64,000 bases of DNA from Raillietiella orientalis. Lineage: Eukaryota. The translations under genes and the position numbers were made by a program. Below the pieces are notes generated by a model. That model searched no databases. It had not been told where the DNA came from and worked only from the letters and a program-made list of their open reading frames with translations. Positions 1 through 12,939 of the stretch are shown here, in pieces. The stretch lies in assembly GCA_036172245.1 (NCBI GenBank), contig JAYWIR010000025.1, forward strand, positions 62,001 through 126,000, in the 5' to 3' direction. Positions within the stretch are counted from its first letter, which is position 1; the number at the start of each line of letters is the position of its first letter.

Positions 1-2880
1 ATCGATCTCTCCGGAATAGCTGCTGGGAGACCCCGTTGCCAAAGAGCACAGCTTCCTTATCCATGGCAATAGGGAAGACGACCTCTATTCTACCTAGCTT
101 TTCATACCCGGTTGACCCTTCACTCTATCACCCGACTTGACTTTTGGCCCGCTCCTGCACACAGGAAGACGTCTCACTTGCATCAGCATCCTGGAAACCT
201 GCTACCAGATGCCTCCGAATGGGAAAAAAGTTTCTATGCATTTGGACCTTGAACGGAATGATGCTCATCGGCAGTAAACAAACGGTTACCCGCCCTCTGC
301 ATGCGAAGAGTGACCCCTTTGCAGTCACGCAGGAAAGGTGCTCAGCAGGTATGAGGATCAAAGAGAGACACGCATCATGCTTGTCAGCTGATATGGAGCA
401 GGCGTCCGTGGCAATCGTTCAGATACTGTGGCTTCAGATGGAGTGGGATGGCGGGAGCAGGCAAGTGCCCAGATTAATGCCAGTTGCCCACGAACAGACT
501 TTAGCAAAGACGCCTTTGCTCTCAGATCTCAAGGTCGAGATTTATTGGCTTTTCAGCGTAGCGTCCATCTGCCAGTTCTGTTTCTTCACCACCACTTTGA
601 ACGGAGTGCTTTGGCTCCACCGAAGTCAATTTGATTTGGATGATTACACTCGGTGGAAAGTTCTGGAGACTGCTTCTCGTTCCTCCAAGCACCAAGCAGA
701 AATTCTATTTTCGTGGTTTCGCTTCCCTTTTTTTGTAGCTCATCCTTCCGCGAAAGCTTTGGTCATTTCCTCTTCCTGCGAACTCTGTTCTGCAAAATGA
801 CTGTCAAAAAGAACCGTCATCTTTCGTTTAGCATGCCCTCCCGTAATTGTGATCGCATGGAGGGAAATTGGGAACCTCTAAGGATGTGGACGATTGCTAC
901 AAGGAGCTTTCCTCAAGGTTCTCTTGAATCCTTGTCTCAAATGGAAGAGTACGGAAAGTGTAAGAGGCATGAAGCCCTTGTTTACCATCAGAAAAATACA
1001 TAGGGGTTTTGCGGCTCACGGGTCCACCAACATGTGCAAAAAACGCTTGTTCTGGACACACTCAGGATGTACCTCTTCTCAGGCTTTAGGATGCAGTTGA
1101 GGCTGCACATTAAAAGCTCGGTGAGTGCAGAAAGTCTTCTGAGAGGAAGGCGACCGGCTGCTTCACCGAACCACTTCTTTCGCTTTTGACAAATCCACCT
1201 CTCATTATTGGTATCATCTTGCGATTTTGTTCCTCAAAAGATTTCATTTCCCCTTCCCCTCTCTCCCCTTCCGTGTCTCCTGCTGCTGCTGAGCAGCACA
1301 GCACAAATCCCTCTTAGCCATCACTCCCGTCAGCTTCCGTGTCGTTGATGGGAAAAAATCCCCAAGCAGTTACCATAACTACATTTAGATGGATAATTAA
1401 TTGCTTGTTCAAACAAGTGCCCTCTGGGTTATGCCGCATGCCATCAGGGAATATCATCAGCGTGTGGATAACTCCTGGTCCAAACTCCTATAGAGCGATT
1501 CTCTAATCCAATAATGCTGCCTTCGGGGTGGAATCTCTTTGTTGGTAGCAGCAAGAGGCGTCTTCCGATCGATTCTCTCAGATGAGTGTCCTTACGGGAC
1601 TCTTTTCAGACAGGACCCCCCTGTGTTGCTTCTGTATCTAGAATTCAAGGTCAAATCCGAATGCCTCAGCGTCTCACAAGTCAGCTGCTGTTCCAGAGGG
1701 CACGCGGACTCTCTTGGGGTTCCGCCCAAGAGGGAGGAAGCCGCTCCATGCTACGAGGCCGTCGCCACAGTGAATCTTTTAGGCGGCCTTCCACCACCGC
1801 TGGCAGATGTCTCGTTTCCGATGAGACTCCCGAGAAAGCCATGCCATCCAGGCGTCCGGCCGTCTACGAGGCAGACCGGGAACCAAAAACAAAGGAATCT
1901 AAACATCCGAACTTTTTCCTCTTTTTCTTCATCTCGGCTATCTTCCCTATGCCTATCTTCTGTCACTGCACTCATCGGAAAGGCTCTTAATCTTGAAGAT
2001 CGGTCCATGGAGAAAAGCCACAGTGGAATCGTGGTTATCTGAAACGGCTCTGTCCTCATTTTTTGAGGCACCACACGCCAGCACGAAGACACTGAAATCG
2101 ACTTTCCTACGTCTCGCTCATTGGAGCTCTGCCAAAGTCAGTGGCGGAAATCTGTCCTCAACTGTCGCGGTCCCATTCCCGGTTTCTTCCAAGTGTGCGT
2201 ATGATTTTCTCTGTAATCTAACTGGATCCCGAATTCCAACTCCCTGACTACTGCATTCCCTAGACTGGGATCTCTCCAGAGCAGGATCATTGTGTGAAGT
2301 GGATTTTCGATCACGAGTGTTCGCTTGCTTGTTCTTCGGGAACACAGCAGTTGGGCATCAACACCCTAAACAGGAACTGCAGCTCCGCCTGCTTGTCTTC
2401 CTGAAACAGCTGCACCGAATGGTTGCATTTCTATTCTCGAAGAGAATTCAGCGTTCCCGTCTAGAAACCAGGTAGATTCCAGAATGTTGCGAGTGTTCCG
2501 TGTTCTTCTTAAAAGCCCTCTCGTTGATTCCGCGGATGATTGGATGGACCCTTTTGGAGAATCCAGCTAGGAGGAGTGATGTAGCAGTGTTCTTCTCGCG
2601 GCTCTGCCGAGTGATTTGCTTACGCCGCATTGCGCATCCCATGAGGCGTTCTCAGCCAGCTATGGGGTTCCCAAGAAAGGTCACATTGATGCAAATCCAC
2701 AGATTCCAAAGAGTGCTCGGAAACGAGTTTGCTTCGCACTGAGGCACAGCAGCTCTTTAGCACGAATGGGACTTCCCTTTTGAATGGCTTAGATAAGCCT
2801 TTCAGGTGCTGCTGAGGGCTGGAGTTAGAATATTTGAGGAACTTCGGAAAGGGGTGTCCGTCTTCTAATGCTACTTCGCT
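1..2880 (-). mobile_element. Decayed L1/Tx1-like LINE ORF2 (linker plus reverse transcriptase relic), interrupted by a SINE-like copy near 1540-1900
   Basis: Minus-strand relic motifs in the expected order: FPPLTLAELQ (~2120-2150, like PIT.EEL), TGINLGTCLLP (~455-487, like GVRQGCPLSP), RLFTADE (264-284, like YADD), YEKLG (~95-110, like YLG). Many frameshifts. Confidence 0.5.
1540..1900 (+). mobile_element. Partial body of the tRNA-headed SINE-like repeat
   Basis: gagtgtccttacgggactcttttcagacagg resembles aagcgtcctttctgggttctcttcagagg in the 17.3 kb and 55.07 kb copies; ends in gaaccaaaaacaaagg like the family tail. Confidence 0.45.
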
Positions 2881-2899
2881 CTCAAGAAACTGGAAGTGG

Positions 2900-3720
2900 T
2901 GCTAATCCGAAGCCTCTTTGCAAGAGTGGAAACACATGTAGAGCAACTTATGAAACGAGCTTCCAACGAGGAAAACTTTTCTTGGAGAATTTTCTTTGAA
3001 CGTGCTGACAAGCATACTAAGCAAATTGGCACATGTACCTCCGGTTCTCCTATTGTATTTAATTTCTTTCATTTTTTGGAGCACAGGCAAGCTTTAAGAA
3101 TGTGAAAAAACTGAGTTCCCCCATTTTCACATTCTGAAGCGGCAACCTCCAGGGCGGAAGCGTGCATAACATACTGCTATATAATAGCTAAATTTTGCTG
3201 AAGAATAATAACAGATACGGCAGATCTCGATGTCTCCTGAAGAACGCTGCCAGGTTTCCTCAAAAACTATGCGAATCCTGCAGAATTCCATTCTACAATG
3301 GATTTGTTTGCTTTCTATGGTAATTTTTCGCTACTGATTGAGTGGTGCTTTGATTAGCGCGATGGCTCCCCAGATTATGATTGGTCCTCTTGAATCGGAT
3401 ACCCCTACACTACGGATGGTATGAACATTCTCCAGGAGCACGGGCTCACTAAAGATGAAAAGACTCACCAGGATGGAAACTAGATCGTGTGGACTTTCAA
3501 TCAATTTTTTGCAGGTTCCAGTGAACTCACCTTCATGGAAGATCATATGAGAGAGAAGGGAACAATCAGCTTTGAATGATGCTGCAACAAATATGCTGCA
3601 CTCACCCTTCATTTGTTGCATTTGTTTCACTGGTGAAAAACGCTACAGCCGGTGGAGATATTCTGGGCACGATTTGCTGACGAAAAAGAGCTCCGGAAAT
3701 GAGCACCGTCTGGTGAACAA
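2900..3720 (-). pseudogene. Class B1 GPCR-like relic (hormone-binding domain, TM1, TM5, TM7 fragments)
   Basis: SCPEYL (~3655-3675); LVSILVSLFIFS (TM1-like, ~3448-3484); GPIIIWGAIALI (~3350-3387); SSFHKLLYMCF (TM7-like, ~2930-2965); gtgagt donors at ~3605 and ~3530. Frames broken. Confidence 0.4.
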
Positions 3721-4349
3721 TATGATGGAGATAGATTTTAGCATCTTCATACAGGAAATTCATGGACGATTTTGCTGGCTGGACAATATAGATTGGAGCG
3801 ATCAAGTAAGTGGATACCGAACCTACCTCATCATTCGCTCTCTGCGTGTCAGTCCTGTTAAATTCATAATCAATCAACCACACTATGCTCTTATTTTCCA
3901 CTTCCTCGGCGAATCACAGAGACAAAGCGATTTAAAAAGGGCTTCCCCATAGGAAAGCAAGAAATAAAAAAAAAAATGATTTTTCTCTTTGATGGTGACA
4001 GTGCTTTGCCAGTTTGAGCCACTTTGTCCGATACATATAAAAAGTCCTTGCAGCGCTCCTGTCTTTTGCTTTCTAGAATCTAATGCATTCAACTGTCCTT
4101 AGCGTAGCATTCCAGGAGGTTTGTTACGAAAATTGTTTGAGCTGTGACTTCCAACATCTGTGCCGTTATGTCCCTGGCAGATATTCCTGTCCTTACTTCA
4201 CCGGCCTGCTCGTAGCTTCATTGCAGCACTTGTCCACTACTCAAGTCTAGAGTGCTCAAAATTTCGGTTTCTCTCCATAAGGGAAGAGATTTTAGCATCA
4301 GGAAAAAGACAAGAAAGAGCATCGAAGTATCCTCTGAGTGTTGATCCCT

Positions 4350-5400
4350 CAAAAGCCTTCCGGGTACTCATCATCACACATCATGTACATGTGATCGAAT
4401 TCAGCTTCAATATTGCTATTGATCCAACATGGATGTCACCTTTTCAACTGCGGTGCTGTTCTTTTACTCCAAATGGGCCTAGTTGGTTTCCATGACCAAT
4501 TTCCCTTTTCCTCATTGCTGCAGAAACTCTTAAGCAGTGGTTCTCCTACGTCTCGGGCTTTCGTCTCTCAAATAAAATAAATGGAAAATCGAAGTGCCCA
4601 CATCTTCTAAGGATCACTGGTTCTCTTTAGCACGGATATTGAATTTTACTGCTGCTAATGTAAAACACATAGGGAAAAGTCAGCTCCTGAAAACTTGGGA
4701 AGGAAAATGAAGTCCTCGGTCTTGCAGCATCCGCCCACTTTTTCGGCAAGTACGACGAAGTCTCCATATGAGCAGCCTCAACGAATTACAGCAAGCACGT
4801 GGCTCGACGCTGAGCTCCTTGAGCACAGAGGAGATGCAAATTTTCGGATATGCATTATGGGAACGGCGTGAGAGTCCTGTGCTAGAAAAGACTGATAGCA
4901 TTCGCGTGCTCCAGGAAGGAATTCGTAACCAGCATCGAGAATAACTGCGCTTTCAATTTGTGCTCCTGATATCAACTATTTTTCCCGGAGCGATCCTGAA
5001 AAATGCTCATTTGAATTTTTCATCCATTCCTGTTCGTAGATATATATGGACTCCGTGCGCCAGTTTTAAAATTATCGGAAAGTCCGTGCAGTTTCGATTT
5101 TCAGAATCGCTTTATTATTCGACTGGAAACACATTCCAGTTCTAAAATGTGTTTTCCTCGGCGTGCCAAGTGCTATCATGGACCATTTTTGGAAGCACAA
5201 GAACATGCTTTTGGAGATGGCCTTTTTACATTTCTTCTCTACACATTCCACAGAAATGTATCCTTCTGATACATGCAAAGAATATAACCACGGACGAAGG
5301 AAGAGGTTTATAGCAACATGGTAGCAGTAGAGTAGCCGCAGGGTGACAGCAGCTTTTGAGAGTAGCTTTCTGTTGTTTTGGTGAAAAGTGACCGAGATCG
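4350..5400 (-). pseudogene. Class B1 GPCR-like relic (TM6/TM7 exon plus a CW fragment)
   Basis: After acceptor cag at 5370-5372: RKLLSKAAVTLRLLYCYHVAINLFLRP, resembling TM6 consensus RKAVRATLILIPLLGLHY..PFRP; SMFLCFQ (~5190-5210, TM7-like); CWINSN (~4413-4430). Confidence 0.4.
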
Positions 5401-5649
5401 ATGCACTAGTTATGTAATGGAACCCAGGAATAAAGCAAACCTGCTGATTAAGCTTAAAATTTTTATCAATAAAAATGAAGTACAGCACCGATTCAATTTG
5501 GACCGATAAAAACCAAAAAAAAAAAGGCAGAAATGGTACCACTGTTAAATAATCTGATACGTCTCCCACATCTAGAACTGAGGCAGCGTCAGGAAGTGGT
5601 TTGTTTGTCTCATCGTCGGCGTCACCGGGATTATCGTCATTTGAAGGCT

Positions 5650-6000
5650 GCTGCTTTTCTCAGCACTTCTTTCCCGCCTCTTTCCGGAAAACCCACTCGA
5701 AAACATCACATAACGACACTCTCCCATGGTGTTTGAAGCCTTTTAGACAAGTGAGGGACTGTGCAGATAGGGTGCATGAGGACCGAATAAGATTCCGGCA
5801 GAATCGCTCCACTAAATAACCCATAACAGTTATCTCTTTTTCGCTTGAGTTTTGTGGCTTTGCTTTGGAACCTCTGCGCATCGGAAGCCCCGAAAGACAA
5901 CCGCGCAGCGCCTCGCGGAAAGCGGATGGCTGGAAGTACTCAAGGAAAAAAAGTCCAAAAACGGAATCAGAGAGACTGTCATTTGAAGAAGAGGAATTTC
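5650..6000 (+). pseudogene. Myb/SANT (trihelix)-like DNA-binding protein relic, probable Harbinger accessory gene
   Basis: PW...VHEDRIRFRQNRSTK followed by KTTAQRLAESGW (~5894-5930), resembling W..E...w.ee.iq / ia..L.e.G trihelix motifs; convergent with the transposase relic. Confidence 0.35.
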
Positions 6001-6299
6001 CGTGAAGTTTCCTATCTGGTCTTCCAAGTATTTATTATTCCTTGTCTTTGTTGATTTTTTTCGAAATATTTCTCACCTTTCCGCTGAAGGAAAGGCAAAA
6101 TCCGCATTCGAGGAATGCTTCTCTTCTTTTAGGTCCATCCAACATTAATAAACACCTGTCAAAACTCTTGTTCCACATGTTCAACTCCAAGTGGTAGCTG
6201 CAATTTATTGAGGGAAGGCCAGGGTGCCCACGCGTTCTGTGATTGAGTTTTTCTCTGGGCCATCAAGCACGTCCAGCAACCTCACCTAAACACCGTGAT

Positions 6300-7400
6300 T
6301 TGCATTCCTCGCATAATGCACATTGCAGCATTTTCAGAGTGTCCATTACAAAGGCACCATCATCCCATCCATCTCCTATCAAAGAAGGATAGGCAAAAAC
6401 TTCCAATCCGACCTATTTCGGAACCTAAACAAGCATCCCTTGCTGCACTCGACAGAGGCAATATTTTTTAAAATGGCTTCCAATCCTGAATTACGAGCAC
6501 GAAAATATTTATGGAATGGTGTTCTCGCAAACTTCCATTTTCAAAGGAAGGTTTGCAATTTTTCGTTGAATTTATGGCTTTCTCCGTTCCGGAAGCTGTC
6601 TGCCTTTCAATGGATGGGAAAAGTTCTGCGCCTCCCATGAATAGAGGATTAATAGTAAGATGAATAGCGTTGCTCACTTTCAGATCACTTTCAAATCAAA
6701 AAAAAAAAAAAAGAGGAAGAAAAAGGAAAAACACTCACACACACAGGAAAAAGAACACTCTAGAAAGAGTGAAATTCCGTCTGTCAACGTGCAAGTGCCT
6801 GAGAGGTCACTGCAACGGAGCATGCTCACCTAAGATGACGCGCAAGGTCTCTCCGTACCGCTCGCTTTAGAATATCGAAAGTTTTCGAAAACTCGGAACG
6901 CTGCTTTCCCGTCAGGAATCATTTTTTTTTTTTTTTTTTCCCCTATGACATATTTGTTCGTGTTCCTCCTACGTGATTTGTGTTTGCGTCTCTCGAGGCC
7001 CTTGGTCACATTCACGATGATTAATAGGCGATCCTGGAACGAGGATGGTGGCTCAACAGAGATGTGGGCATCATCAATGGCGTCAGAGTAGCGCTCGCTG
7101 CATCGAAACCGCTCCAGGACGGAGGATGAGTTCGGATGGTTTCTTGGAGAAGGAGTGTTTGGAAAGACCTGAGGTTTCGGAGAAAGGCTCTGCACGCTGT
7201 CTCAGGTGCTCCTCCGATCTGCTCGTCCTTTGAAGTTTCCTCGTCCCGTCCAGTAGATCTCACGCTTTTCGACTGCGCAGCTGAGGGTGTTCCGCTTCCA
7301 TTTCGACAGGTTTCATGCGGATCCCGTAGCCAAAGCTGTTTGTTGAGAAAAGGAAATTAGCTGACTTCGAAAGCCATCCCGGTTTGTTTGCTTTCTTTGC
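6300..7400 (-). mobile_element. PIF/Harbinger DDE transposase relic
   Basis: AIDDAHISVEPP (7047-7081) resembles GAIDGTHI.I.PP; then in order ...VNVTKG, SRCSD, PLFMGGAELFP (like lGD.afP, ~6615-6650), RARNSGLEAILK (like AR..vE.aFG.LK, ~6470-6505). Confidence 0.55.
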
Positions 7401-7739
7401 GGATAAAGCAAAAATCTGAAGGATGCTCAAAAGGAACAAGGACTTTTTCCATTTTGAGCATGGCACACGCATGCTGGCTGTGCCAGTAAGTATTGCGGGC
7501 ACGGCAGGCGCTGGGGCGCCTGGGAGCTTAAGCGAACCGGTGCGGAAGTGGCGCGATCCAGGAAAAACTAAGTTTCCCGGTGCTTCTGATGGACAGGAAA
7601 CAATAACATGCCCATATAAGGCCCTCCCGCCGCACAGAAAGCTGGAAAGACGGCTCTGGGCAGCAAGAGCCAGGTTCTTATCCTTCATGCCTGTGTCAAC
7701 AAAAAGCACCATGAAGAAGAAGTTCCGATGTGCATACTC

Positions 7740-10400
7740 AATGGAGCTCGATCTATTGATTCGGTTGCACTCGAAAATTCTCTTCTACAGCATGGAATTG
7801 ACTTGGTGAGATAGTGTGCCGTGAAAACATGTCCAAACGACAAGCTCACGAGCACTTTATAGTGTTTGTACCTGTGGAACGGCAGCTCTCAGGCGACATT
7901 GGCTGCAGTCGTAATGAAAATATCGATGGGCTTACTCTGACAAAGTCATTTCGGAATCAAACTTGGGTGTGGGAATGATCTCATGATGCAGGAAACACGG
8001 ATGACTGAGGAGCACATCGATCAAAACTCTTCAACAAAAACCAAGGACTGATGGTGTTTATTCTTCCAGCTTCCGAGCTCAATCAACAGATCCGTGCGTT
8101 GCTGATGTTCCCAATTGCTTAGGTCCGCGTAAGAACCCAATATCTTCCATCGGTGCTCCGAGATGCAAGGTAAGCAAGTGCTTGTGCCTTTCAAAGATCA
8201 TGTGGCCTGGAAACCTTTCACGCACCCATGGGATTCTTCGCCTCGTACTTTATTTTCCTTCGGGCACATTTCAAATTTATATGAGTAGGTACCGCTGCAG
8301 CCATCTGAACCTAGGATGTCTATACATGGTGTTCATGCACAGAGGAATCCCCGCTTGCAGATTCTTTCCCGATGCTGGCGATGGTGTATGTACGCGATAA
8401 TGTGATTTCCACGACCTGAGGAACAAATCGGCAGGAGAGCTGAATCGTCGAAGAATGACGCTTCCTCGATACGCGCAGAATCAATGTGGAACACGCTGTT
8501 TTTAGGGAACCATCTCCTCCTCCGCAGATGCTGGCTTAAGGAGAATGGATGAGGAGGAGGGAAGATTCAAACCCTCCTAAAAATAAGAGATGAAATTACG
8601 GGAGCGCACCACAAAACAGAGGACTTGTACAGATTAGTACTAATAAACGTTGTTTTGCATCCTCCTTCATCCCCAGGGATACCTTTCGTGCAAGAAAACC
8701 TCACTGCTTTCATTTACAGCGGTCCGACCGTGACGGACTTGAACAAGCAACAAGCTAAGAAACGTTTTCCTAAGTTCCTCTTTGATTCTGAAGACCAATA
8801 CTTAAGAGTCGTCTTGGAGGAGTGAGCGAAGCAGGTTTTGTAGACCTCTTGACCAGTAAAAATATTTCGGAGAGATAGGGCAAGAGAAGATCAACAGAAC
8901 TTCGTGTGCTGTGTATTTGTGGGCACCTGGCTGAGAATTCCATAGGACAAGAGCAATGGGAAAATGAACTCGTTTTTCCACAGTGCCTTCTCTTCTTCCC
9001 TTTACTCTTAAATCCTTTATAAAAGTTGAGAAAACTTCCAAACCTGGAGAAAGTTCCAGAGACCAAGACCTACAGAATCAGAGTAGCCTAGCAACAGTGC
9101 GTGTTATCAGTTGTTGTCGATATGTATTTTCAAAAATGTGAAAATGCAAATGAGTCTGCACAGAGATCTATGGATCTCTGTACAAACTCGTATACAGAGC
9201 CAGGAGATACTTTCCATTTTCGCTTCATTAGCTACCCATCCATATGCAGGTTGCAAACAAGCTTCCCATCTCTTGAGATTTCCCATTATGCTGTGCCAGT
9301 TTTGCGTGTGGAAACCCTCGTCACCATTTCTTCGTTAAGGTTGTCCCTGACTTCCGAACGAGATGCATGAAAGGGGGATTCATTTTTCAGCATCGAATAG
9401 GATTGCCAACGAGTAAAATTTTGTAATCTGTACAAAAGACGTAATTCGTAGAACAAACCTAACAACAGCTATAAACAGTGAGAAAGGGTGCTGTTCATGG
9501 CACGCCCTTGTTAGGGAGTACAAATGCACCAAGAATTGTTCTCGAGGAATTACCAAGGTGATTAACGAGATCGAAAGGCAGGTCATTAATTTCCATCCAA
9601 GGTGATCTATGTTCTCAGTGAACTAGAATTCTGGGATGTCCTCGCACACCACCAACAACAACAAAAATGAAGCTGCAACTTTTTTTTTTCCAGGTTCTTG
9701 TGAGCCAATGAGCCCTACAAAATGGAATAAATTGAATCCCGTCTTGGACGGCTACTACTGCTAATTTCTAGATACATATTAGAGAATAAATGGATGTTTG
9801 AAAGTAAAAATTTCTCATTTTCACGCTTGGGGAAATCGGAAAGCGGAATCCGCAATTACTTTTACGTGATCCGAGACAGACTTGGTTTCCAAAACTCAGG
9901 AATTGAGCCTCTTTCATTCGAAAAAATTCTCTATCCCTGGCAGCACGAATTTCCCATTCGAATTTCAGCTCAGAATTTGTTTTCCAACGCTCTGAGAGCG
10001 ATATGATTTCTTCTATAAAGAGGTGACGATTTGAACTGGCCTTCGACCCTATATATCCTGTAACGTAGGTGACTGCAGGAATTGTGTGATGCAAGTAAGA
10101 TTACTCTTCTACTGATTCGGTGATACGGGACTATTATAGATGATTTTGAACTCATTACCCTCCGACGAGAATAAATGTTGCGTCTTTCAAGTGCTAGTAT
10201 GTCCCTAAGGATTCGACAACGAACAGATCACTTCAGAGGAGCCAAGCGATTCCATTTAAACGAGTTCAAGAGAATCCACAGAGCTCGGTAGCTCTTCCGA
10301 AAGCCAAAATGGTATCTGAGGAAATACAGCAAAGAAAAGGTGTGAAAATGGATGGCCCTGTACGGTCACAGAGGGAATGAACTTTCTCACGTTTAAGGAC
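7740..10400 (-). pseudogene. Class B1 GPCR-like multi-exon relic (hormone-binding domain through TM7, in colinear order)
   Basis: LCDRT (~10360-10375, like YCNRT); DT..FGRATELC (~10280-10320); SISLITLVI...H..SLFIAVV (ORF 9380-9586, TM1-TM2-like); exon-like block after cag at ~8415; YKHYKVLVSLSFG after cag at ~7873 (TM7-like). Confidence 0.45.
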
Positions 10401-11449
10401 AAACAAGGGAAGTTGCAACCTTCTCGTGGCGTTCAAGAAATTCGAATCCCGCAGGAAGTTTCGCGAATTTTTCTGTATGCAAGGAGCAGGAATATCTGCT
10501 TAAGAACTCGTTCCGTCCAGCGAAGGATCAGAGAATCCAAACATCTTCTGCTGATACACAAATGACATCCCCATACCTTCTTTGTCGTCTTTCCATATTA
10601 ACCAATGGCATCACATATCTAAGATCTCATGATATGAAAATCAATTCTGCATATGCTTTTCCATGCATTATCCAGCAAAAGAAATCAAATTGTGAAAGCG
10701 AAGGAGGAGAGATGCGGATCCTTAAGCACAGATTAAGCAGGCATTTGCAGGAAGCAGAAAAAACTGCTTCCTGCAAAAGGTCATCATCATATGCATGGTA
10801 AAAGTGTCACCATCTGCATGCATGGACAAAGCTACTGCCAGCTGGAACTTCCGAAAACTCCTGCAACGCACCATCCAAGAAACCTCACTACTTCAGACTA
10901 TAGATTTGAAGTCTGTTTGATGACGATAGTGGGAAAGTGAATAGAAGGCGAATGCTTCTTTATTTGTCTTTCAGAAGCCATCAATTAAGGCAGTGGGTGT
11001 CTGACAAATACGGCACGTTGTGTCAATCATGCAAATGCCGAGGGTAAACTCTTCGTTTTGTGAACTTTGCTTGGTTTTTCATTGCGAGCCCTTTTCAAAA
11101 GCAGTCTCCTCCGTGCCTTTGAGATATTTGGACATTTTCTCCAGCCAGGACGGTTAAGATGACTGCCACTCTCAAAAATGGAAATTTCGGAGAGGATAAA
11201 TTTTTTCAGAACGAAAGAAGGGATTCACGAACGAAAGTTAGGAGTTCTGAGGAGCAGCAAGGAGAGCTTGTTGGCCACCAAAATGGTGGCCGACTTTGCT
11301 TTTTGACCTTTGGAAGAGACAAATAATGAATAGCAACACCAGCGCATTGTGAAAAAAATGGGCGAATCAGCAGAACGAGAGGTAATGTAATGGAAAGCGA
11401 CCCTGTTTTGACGACCTAAGAGAAAGTAGCAACATTTATGACCTCCTGA

Positions 11450-12700
11450 CCTATCCCTCTTTATTGATAAAAATAATCAGAGCTTGTAATCAGTTAATGA
11501 TTCAGTGGCTTCTTATTCGCATGCTTGAAAAACTCAGAATTCTTTCCTTTAAAATGCACGTTCCTTTCATCAGGTTTCTCAGTTTTATTAAATCTTTTTT
11601 TTTCCTCTTAGGGCGATTCATCTTTTGCGATTTCCTTCTTCATCCAGGAAAGTGAAGTCTGTCCCTTTTTACTTCCGTGTTTCTTTCTGTCTTTTGAGAG
11701 CCTGGAGATTCCATTCTTCTGGCATTCTTTGGAAAATTCTGGTCTCATTCGTAGCCTTCTGTCGTCACTTTATTTTCCCTGCTTCCATCTTTGTCGCGAC
11801 CGTTGTTTCTTGGCCACGGATAAAGGATCAGTCATCCTGATATTTACCATAAGAGAGCAGTTTCAATCATCTCAGAGAGCGAGCACATCCCTACGCGGAA
11901 GGATAGCTCGCAGTTCGGTCTCATTCTAATACAGTTCTCATGATAGATCCAAAAACGGCAATCCATTAATTAGTATTAATGAAAGAATGACTCGTGAGTG
12001 CTTAGTAGAACTTGCGCGAAAAAAATCCAAAAACTACAAAGAAAGTTGACTTGCAGGTGAGCAAAGATGGGTCGGCCGATTCGAGTTCGTACCCTCCGTC
12101 ATGATTCGGTGATCCACACGACCAATTCAAATAAACACAGCACCGAGGAAAAGAACCTACGAACCACAAAGCTCTAAAAAGGATGATCTCTTTGGACGCA
12201 GCCAGCACATCTTTTCACAGCGATGACGAGTCTCCAGCGCCTCAATAAGGAGAAGAAGCAAGAACCATATCCTGGAACTGGCAACCACGTCACATTTCCA
12301 TGAAGAGAGGAGATGGCAACTGCAAAAATGAGTCCCGAGTTCGAACCTCACACTCCTCATAAGGTGCACTCAATGAAAGCGCAAAGTCGAAAGCTGTGCT
12401 CTCCAAGTAGCCCTGATGCTTGCTCCACTGGCATCGGAAAACCCACTCGGAAATCGCTGGAAACATGGAATCCATCAAGAGCTGCGAAAGCGAACGAGGC
12501 TTTATTCGTGTTTAACAGCAGAAGCGCTTGAAAGGTCCAGAGGCTGCAATGTGCGAAGGCGGAGAGAAAGTGAAAGCCGACAGAACGTGATCAACCACAC
12601 GGCGGGGCAGCGCAAGGCGGGAACGGCTGCTGGAGTCCATTTTCACCTGCGGGTCGGAATGGGCCACAAAAACTCGTAGCGGAAACCATCTCGCAGCATC
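11450..12700 (-). mobile_element. PIF/Harbinger DDE transposase relic
   Basis: Ordered motifs FRVG (12441-12452), LIEALETRH (like igAlDgkH, ~12222-12250), WSCGSPNHDGG (12092-12124), NARRMES (~11705-11728). Confidence 0.5.
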
Positions 12701-12939
12701 CCATTTTGATCAAGAACTCACGAGAGTCTTCCTCCTTCACGAACTGCTCACGAACGATCTACTGATTTACTTGTGTGTTCCATCGGGACGTTCATGGAAC
12801 ACTCTTTTTTTTTTTTCATTTGTAAGAGTCTATTGGACCGTCTACTCACCTCTTCAAAATCTCATCTCACGCTTGCAGCTGTTGTGGTGACGTAAGGTAA
12901 GGATTCTGAGCCAAGCACTCACACTGCTGCCAAATCATG

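Noticed and set aside
11272..11292. ggccacca-aaa-tggtggcc hairpin as a terminator
   Set aside because: 8-bp stem with no adjacent U-tract or prokaryotic gene context; plausible by chance.
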